Assembly (NCBI GenBank): GCA_038245295.1
Contig: JBBRSP010000024.1
Coordinates: forward strand, 20,877 to 84,876
Length of the DNA: 64,000 bases
Direction: 5' to 3'
Source: Candidatus Binatia bacterium
GTDB lineage: Bacteria > Desulfobacterota > Binatia > HRBIN30
Shown in pieces: positions 58,175 through 64,000 of the stretch. Numbering within the stretch: position 1 is the first letter of the stretch; each line of letters begins with the position of its first letter. The position numbers and the translations under genes were made by a program. The notes under the pieces are model-generated. The model ran no database searches. It was not told the DNA's origin and saw nothing but the letters and a program-made list of their open reading frames with translations.

Positions 58175-60415
58175 TTACGCTTGCACGGCAGCGCGTTCGG
58201 GCGCCGTCCGCTTTCCGGTCGGTAGTTCGATCAAGAAACGACTACCACGCGGTTGGTTATCGAGCACCCGAACGTAACCCTGGTGATCGCTGACAATGGC
58301 GGAGACGATGGCCAGACCGAGGCCGGTGCCGTCTCGTTTGGTCGAGAAATAAGGTTCGAATAGGCGCATTTTCACTTCACGCGACATCCCGGTGCCATTG
58401 TCCGCCACCTCGATCCGCACGACGCCGCGCTCCGGAATGAACCGCGTACTGAGCGTGATGCGGCCCGGATCCGCAACAGCCTCGCACGCGGATACGGCGT
58501 TGTCGAGCAAGTTGATCATGACCCGTTTGATGGCGGCGCGATCGAGACGCAGCTCGGGGACTGTGGAACCTCGATCGAAGGTGAAGTCGATCTGCGGATG
58601 CCCCTCGCGAAACAGCACGAGCGCTTCGTCGATCAAGCCGTTGAGATCTTCGACGCCGAGCTCAACGGCCGGCAGGCGGGCGAAGGTCGAGAACTCGTTT
58701 ACCAGTCGCTTCATCTCGTCGACCTGCGACACGATCGTCGTGGTGCACTCGTCGAACACTTCGCGATCGTCGGCGGGAATCTGGTTCAGGTAGCGCTTGC
58801 GCAGTCGTTGTGCCGACAGTTGGATGGGTGTCAGGGGATTCTTGATCTCATGTGCCAGACGGCGCGCCACTTCGCGCCACGCCTCCATGCGCTGCACGCG
58901 CAGCAGGTGGGTGACGTCCTCGAAGAACAACAAGACGCCGCGATAGGCACCACTGTCGTCGGAGAGAGCCGTCGCACTGACGAGGGCGGTCATGATCTGC
59001 TCGCCGCCGGTCAGCTTCACTTGTTGTTCGACTTCACTATGCGGGTTGGCGGCGGCCTCGGCGACGAGCTCGGCGACGACGGAGAGATCGGACCGTCCGA
59101 GCACCTCCGCCGACGTCTTGCCGAAGACTTGCGTCAATCGCAGCCCCAACATGCGCTCGGCGGCCGGGTTGAGCATGGTGAGTCGGTCGTTGTCGTCGAT
59201 CGACACGACGCCGGCGGCGATGTTGCTGAGGATGCGTGTCAAATAGTTGCGGCGTTCGACGAGCTCCGAGTTGGTGGCGCGCAAGGCTTGCGTCATCTGA
59301 TTGAGCGAATTGCCGAGCGCTTCCGTGTCGCTGTCGCTGCCGGCTTCGAAGCGATAGTCCCAGTTGCCCTGCGCTACCTCGCGCGTGCCTTCGGCGAGGT
59401 TCTGCAGCGGCGTTGTGATGGCCTTCGCCTGCTGGAAGCCGAACCACATGGCGATGAACACGACCACCATGGTGACCAGCGCCATGGTCAGGGTATAGGC
59501 GCTGCGGATCGGTTGCTTCATGGAAGAGAGCTGGCGGTACTCTTGATACGACTTGGTGATCTCGCGTGCCTCATCGCTTACATCCCGCGGCACGATGTAG
59601 TCGACGACCACGGCGCCAACGGGGCTGCCATCGTCGGCCGTGGCGAGGATGCCGCAGCGCACTACGTGGCCGCGTCCGAGCTTTTCGGTGCGTGAGACCT
59701 CGTGTACGGAGAACAGCTCGCTGACGACCTCGCTCGTCAGTTCCGGCATCTGGGTCGCGTCTTCGCTCAAGGAACGACTGAGCGTTTGGCGCTCCGGGCT
59801 CAGAAGCGTGAGCCCGGCCAGCCCGTATTCGGCCCGTTTGGCGTCGACGTACTTCTGTCTCGCCTTTTGCGAGCGCGGATCGAACAGATCGTGTTCGGCG
59901 GCATCGCGGCCGACCTGGCGGGCGAAGAACAAAGCGTTGTTGGCGGCCGATTGATAATAGGTTTGCGCCACTTCGATGGCACCGCGCAGCGCATTGTCGA
60001 CGCGTAAATTGAACCAACGATCAAAGGCGGTGTTGAGGAGTCCTTGCGCCACGATGAACAGGAGGACGCTCGGGGCCAGAGTGAGTCCAAGGAAGGCAAA
60101 CGCCAAACGCGTGCGCAGGCGCGAGCCGAAGATGCCCCGCCGTCGTTCCAGCACCAGTTTTACGGCTTGCCGCGTGACCAGGAACATCACCAGCACGAGC
60201 AGCAACAGGTTGAGGTTGATGAGCAAGAAGAAGGTGACGTTGCCCGACCAGGAAGAGCTGTTGGTCAGGTGCACGAGCCGCGTCTCGAAGATCGCCAAAG
60301 CAAGGAAAATGGCGGCGACCGCAGCGATGAGGATCGACTCACGTCGTCGCCGCCGCCGTTCATCCGGTTCCACGGGTAAACGGCCACCGGCCAAGATGTC
60401 CCACCAACGCGCCAC
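58175..60415 (-). CDS. NtrY-like sensor histidine kinase (TM-HAMP-PAS-HisKA-HATPase)
   Basis: AWREVARRLAHEIKNPLTPIQLSAQRL H-box, NLLDNA, DNGTG, FEPYFSTK, GTGLGL; start uncertain (60373-60451). Confidence 0.92.
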   Translation of the reverse strand: MARWWDILAGGRLPVEPDERRRRRRESILIAAVAAIFLALAIFETRLVHLTNSSSWSGNVTFFLLINLNLLLLVLVMFLVTRQAVKLVLERRRGIFGSRLRTRLAFAFLGLTLAPSVLLFIVAQGLLNTAFDRWFNLRVDNALRGAIEVAQTYYQSAANNALFFARQVGRDAAEHDLFDPRSQKARQKYVDAKRAEYGLAGLTLLSPERQTLSRSLSEDATQMPELTSEVVSELFSVHEVSRTEKLGRGHVVRCGILATADDGSPVGAVVVDYIVPRDVSDEAREITKSYQEYRQLSSMKQPIRSAYTLTMALVTMVVVFIAMWFGFQQAKAITTPLQNLAEGTREVAQGNWDYRFEAGSDSDTEALGNSLNQMTQALRATNSELVERRNYLTRILSNIAAGVVSIDDNDRLTMLNPAAERMLGLRLTQVFGKTSAEVLGRSDLSVVAELVAEAAANPHSEVEQQVKLTGGEQIMTALVSATALSDDSGAYRGVLLFFEDVTHLLRVQRMEAWREVARRLAHEIKNPLTPIQLSAQRLRKRYLNQIPADDREVFDECTTTIVSQVDEMKRLVNEFSTFARLPAVELGVEDLNGLIDEALVLFREGHPQIDFTFDRGSTVPELRLDRAAIKRVMINLLDNAVSACEAVADPGRITLSTRFIPERGVVRIEVADNGTGMSREVKMRLFEPYFSTKRDGTGLGLAIVSAIVSDHQGYVRVLDNQPRGSRFLIELPTGKRTAPERAAVQA

Positions 60416-60520
60416 GGAGGGGATACTAGGGGGGGCGTCCGGTAGCCGCAAGGATTGGGTTGGGCGTCAGCTGGCGCTGTGTCGAGACTCCGGGATCAAA
60501 CCTGTGCTACAGACCGCGCG

Positions 60521-61732
60521 ATGTCAGCCTCGCCCTCGGGGAATTTGCCGTTGTCCGGCGTTCGCGTGCTCGATCTAGGCACGCGTATCGCCGCGCCGTT
60601 CGCAGCGACTCTGCTGGCCGACTTTGGCGCTGAGGTGATCAAGGTCGAGTTGCCAGGCAAGGGTGACTTCATGCGCGGCATTGGCCCATTCGACGAAGGC
60701 TACTCGTTGTGGTGGGCGGTGGAGGGGCGCGGCAAGAAGTCGATCACACTGGATCTACGCAAACCGCAGGGGCAAGCATTGCTGAAGCGTCTGGTACAGA
60801 TCTCCGACGTGGTCGTCGAAAACTTCCAACCAGGAACGCTCGAAGAGTGGGGCCTCGGCTATGCCGACCTGAAGGCCGTCAAGCAGGACATCATCCTGAC
60901 GCGCGCCTCGGTGTACGGACAGGATGGCCCGTACCGCGACCGCCCTGGTCTCGACCGCAACGGCATCGGCTTTGGTGGCCTGTTGTATCTCACCGGCTAC
61001 CCGGATCGGCCGCCGGTGCGCCCCGGGATCATCATCTCCGACTATCTCACCGGCGTCTTCAACGCCTTTGCCATCCTGATGGCGTTGTATCATCGCGATG
61101 TGCACCGCGGCGGTGGGCAATGGGTCGACCTCTCCTTGTACGAGTCGATCTTCCGTATCCTTGAACACACGGCGACGAGCTACGATCGTCTCGGCATCGT
61201 CCGCGGGCGCGAAGGCAACCGGCTGAAGAACTCGGCACCGCTCGACAACTACGAGACCAGCGATGGTCGGTTCGTTTGTATCGTCGCCGCCGGCGACGGC
61301 CTGTTCCCGCGCCTGGCGAAAGTCATGGGTCGCGAAGATCTGCTGCACGACGAACGCTTTGGTGATTTCCGGGCACGTGTGGCCAATGCCGACGCCATCA
61401 ATCAGATTGTCGCCGATTGGGCTCGCACGCGCAGTGCCGCCGATATCGAGGCGCAATTGGTGGCCGCCGAGGTGCCGGTGTCACGCGCCTACTCGATCGC
61501 CGACATCTTTGCCGATCCGCATTATGCGGCCCGCCAGGATATCGTTACGGTCGACGACCCGGTTGCCGGACCGCTGAAGATGTCGGCTGTGTATCCGCGC
61601 CTTTCCGAGACCCCCGGTCGCATCCAAAGCGGCGCCCCCGAGCTCGGAGCGCACAACCGCGAAATCTATGGAGAGCTGCTGGGTCTGACGGAGACGGAGC
61701 TGGAGGGACTGCGACGTGACGGGATCATCTGA
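60521..61732 (+). CDS. CaiB/BaiF CoA-transferase (family III)
   Basis: PLSGVRVLDL, LADFGAEVIKVE, ENFQPG, APELGAH. Confidence 0.93.
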   Translation: MSASPSGNLPLSGVRVLDLGTRIAAPFAATLLADFGAEVIKVELPGKGDFMRGIGPFDEGYSLWWAVEGRGKKSITLDLRKPQGQALLKRLVQISDVVVENFQPGTLEEWGLGYADLKAVKQDIILTRASVYGQDGPYRDRPGLDRNGIGFGGLLYLTGYPDRPPVRPGIIISDYLTGVFNAFAILMALYHRDVHRGGGQWVDLSLYESIFRILEHTATSYDRLGIVRGREGNRLKNSAPLDNYETSDGRFVCIVAAGDGLFPRLAKVMGREDLLHDERFGDFRARVANADAINQIVADWARTRSAADIEAQLVAAEVPVSRAYSIADIFADPHYAARQDIVTVDDPVAGPLKMSAVYPRLSETPGRIQSGAPELGAHNREIYGELLGLTETELEGLRRDGII

Positions 61733-61754
61733 TGATTGGGTGAATCGGGCGAAT

Positions 61755-61782
61755 GTAGGGGCGGTTCGCGAACCGCCCCTAC
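61755..61782. repeat. Perfect 28-bp GTAG palindrome
   Basis: Identical to 41598-41625. Confidence 0.85.
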
Positions 61783-61827
61783 AGCATCGCCGCGTGCGTC
61801 GGGCCAACGGATGGGGAGGGAACAGCG

Positions 61828-62505
61828 ATGCAAGACGATCCGATTCTAAGCGCGGTGGCGGCCAGCGCCCTGAAGCATGTCTCCGACGGGGCGATTGTTG
61901 GGCTCGGCACTGGTAAAGCGGCGAGTGCCTTCGTGCGTGCTCTTGGCGAGCGCGTGCGCGCCGGATTGAAGGTGCGTGGTGTGCCCACCTCGGTCGCGAC
62001 GGAACAGTTGGCGATCGAGCAGAAGATTGCGCTGGTCGAGCTCGATCAGGTCGACTCGATCGATGTGACGATCGACGGCGCCGACGAGGTCGACCCGCAT
62101 CTCAACCTCATCAAAGGATACGGCGGCGCGCTGGTGCGCGAGAAGATCATCGCTTCGGCGTCGCGACGCTTCATCATTCTCGTCGGCAGCGAGAAGCTGG
62201 TGCAGCGGCTGGGTGAGCGCGGCAAGCTGCCGGTCGAAGTGATTCCCTTCGCCGTTTCAGTGTGTCGCCGCCGTCTGACCGAGATGGGGCTGAGCCCAGT
62301 GCTGCGGCTGCAGGGCGACAAGACGTTTGTCAGCGACGGCAACAACGTCATCCTCGATTGCGGTGTGAAAGGTCTCGATGCGCCGCAGCGTCTCGAGGCG
62401 GAGTTGCGCGCCATTCCCGGTGTCGTCGGAACCGGCATGTTCTTGCAGATGGCCGACGCGGTGCTCGTCGGCGAAGCCGGTGGCGTGCGCGAACTGACGC
62501 GGTAG
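61828..62505 (+). CDS. rpiA: Ribose-5-phosphate isomerase A
   Basis: GLGTG, IDGADEVD, IKGYGGALVREKI, LPVEV, IPGVV.TG. Confidence 0.95.
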   Translation: MQDDPILSAVAASALKHVSDGAIVGLGTGKAASAFVRALGERVRAGLKVRGVPTSVATEQLAIEQKIALVELDQVDSIDVTIDGADEVDPHLNLIKGYGGALVREKIIASASRRFIILVGSEKLVQRLGERGKLPVEVIPFAVSVCRRRLTEMGLSPVLRLQGDKTFVSDGNNVILDCGVKGLDAPQRLEAELRAIPGVVGTGMFLQMADAVLVGEAGGVRELTR

Positions 62506-62510
62506 CCGTC

Positions 62511-62948
62511 ATGGAACATTGGGAGTTGGTGGCGCGCGAGAATGTGCGTAACACGATGGGGCGCTACGCCCACGCGGCGGATGGCGGCCGATTCGACGAC
62601 CTGGTGGCGCTGTTCACCGACGATGGGGTGATGGCCATCGCCGGCCGCGAACCGTTGGTCGGGCGTGAGGCGATTCGTCAGTTCGTCACACAAACCAAGA
62701 GCAGCATCCACACGACACTCGAGAAGCCGTACATCCGACACCACGTCAACAGCATCGCCATCGACGTGCTCAGCCACGACACGGCGACGGCGTCGAGTTA
62801 TTTCCTGGCAATCACCGAGCGGGGCCCCGATCATTGGGGCCGCTACCGCGATCGCCTGGTGCGCGTCGGCCAGGTGTGGCTGTTCGCTGAGCGCAAGGTG
62901 CGCGTCGATGGCCACGCCGCGACATCCTGGCGCGCCACGAGAGCATAA
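62511..62948 (+). CDS. SnoaL-like / NTF2 family protein
   Basis: RYAHAADG, LFTDDG, GREAI, RHHV, GRYRDRL..W. Confidence 0.88.
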   Translation: MEHWELVARENVRNTMGRYAHAADGGRFDDLVALFTDDGVMAIAGREPLVGREAIRQFVTQTKSSIHTTLEKPYIRHHVNSIAIDVLSHDTATASSYFLAITERGPDHWGRYRDRLVRVGQVWLFAERKVRVDGHAATSWRATRA

Positions 62949-62955
62949 GGGCAAC

Positions 62956-63825
62956 ATGCAACCACTGATCATCGAAGCCGCCATCAACGGCGCGACGCCG
63001 CGAGCGATGAACCCGCATGTGCCGCGCTCGGTGGACGAGATCACCGCTTGCGCCGTTGCCTGCCTCGATGCCGGCGCGGCGATTGTTCACCACCACAATG
63101 ACGACGGCTTGTTCGAAGCGCGTCATGCCAGCGCGCCCTACCTGGCGGCTTGGCAGCGCATTCGCGCCAGCCATCCGCATGCCATTCTCTATCCGACGAT
63201 GGGCGGGGGCGGCGCCCACACAACGATTGACGAGCGTTATACGCATATCGAAGAGCTCGCAGCCGCCGGTGCGCTTAGCATGTCGATCATCGATCCCGGC
63301 TCCGTCAGCCTTGGTCCGCTCGATTCCGACGGCGTGCCGATGCCTCTCGCTCTTGTCTACCAGAATACTTTCGCCGATGTCCGCCACATGGTGGATGCAT
63401 GCACGCGGTTCGGGTGTGCCGCTCACGTGTCGATCTTCGAGCCCGGCTTCCTGCGCGTCGCCCTCGCGTATCATGCCGCCGGGCAACTGCCGCCGGCGAA
63501 GATCCAACTCTACTTTGGCGGACCACTGCTGCCGTTTGGCCTGCCGCCGACACGTCCCAGCCTCGACGCGTATCTGGATATGCTTGCCGGGACGGATCTG
63601 CCGTGGATGGTGGGTGTGCTTGGCGGCGATGTAACCAGCACGCTCGCCGAGATGGCAATCGAGCGCGGCGGGCACCTGCGCGTGGGGCTCGAGGATTACG
63701 CGGGCCCGCGGACCCCGAGCAATGAAGAGCTCGTCGCAGAAATCGCCGCACTGGCCGCGCGCCACGGTCGGCGCGTCGCCACATCCGCCGAAGCGGCGGC
63801 AATGATCGATAAGCGGATGGCGTGA
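62956..63825 (+). CDS. Beta-keto acid cleavage enzyme family (DUF849/Kce-like)
   Basis: IEAAING, NPHVP, AGAAIVHHH, GGHLRVGLED. Confidence 0.9.
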   Translation: MQPLIIEAAINGATPRAMNPHVPRSVDEITACAVACLDAGAAIVHHHNDDGLFEARHASAPYLAAWQRIRASHPHAILYPTMGGGGAHTTIDERYTHIEELAAAGALSMSIIDPGSVSLGPLDSDGVPMPLALVYQNTFADVRHMVDACTRFGCAAHVSIFEPGFLRVALAYHAAGQLPPAKIQLYFGGPLLPFGLPPTRPSLDAYLDMLAGTDLPWMVGVLGGDVTSTLAEMAIERGGHLRVGLEDYAGPRTPSNEELVAEIAALAARHGRRVATSAEAAAMIDKRMA

Positions 63826-63855
63826 GGGCGCGGCTCGGGTAGGCGCAGGCTCCAG

Positions 63856-63987
63856 AGGGTGTCTCAAAACCTTGCGGAGCCGGCTTCGACAGGCTCAGCC
63901 TGAGCGGGTGCTTGGTTGATTTTCAAAGACATTTTGTCCGCTCGCCCTGAGCCCGTCGAAGGGTGAGCCTATGTTTTGAGACAGCCT
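63856..63987. mobile_element. MITE inserted in a GTAG-type REP
   Basis: TIR agggtgtctcaaaac/gttttgagacagcct; flanks ctccag/cttcag; internal cttcgac..gtcgaag REP doublet. Confidence 0.72.
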
Positions 63988-64000
63988 CTTCAGCCTGCGG

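Overview
GC-rich bacterial window. The lineage is probably Candidatus Binatia/'deltaproteobacteria'-like, inferred only from the CxGDCNxDGxVTVDE dockerin-like secreted proteins and the gene content. Core genes are nadK-recN, leuA-leuB-asd-like-truA, nfo-like, mscL and rpiA, alongside many lipid/aromatic catabolic enzymes. An accessory, decaying segment at about 41.6-54.4 kb holds toxin-antitoxin modules and gene debris. Main findings: (1) an NtrY-like sensor kinase directly followed by an NtrX-type receiver domain fused to an apparently intact LpxC, suggesting phosphorylation control of the committed step of lipid A synthesis; (2) a four-gene unit of PIG-L deacetylase, TPP E1alpha, E1beta and a lipoyl-PSBD protein whose E2 catalytic domain is replaced by a hexapeptide acyltransferase; (3) nested MITEs with TIRs and target duplications inserted into REP hairpins, each carrying further REPs; (4) a DUF559 nuclease bracketed by REP-doublet direct repeats; (5) a leucine leader-peptide attenuator and a c-di-AMP (ydaO) riboswitch. 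No rRNA, tRNA or CRISPR array was seen. All calls come from motif recognition by eye; no searches were run.
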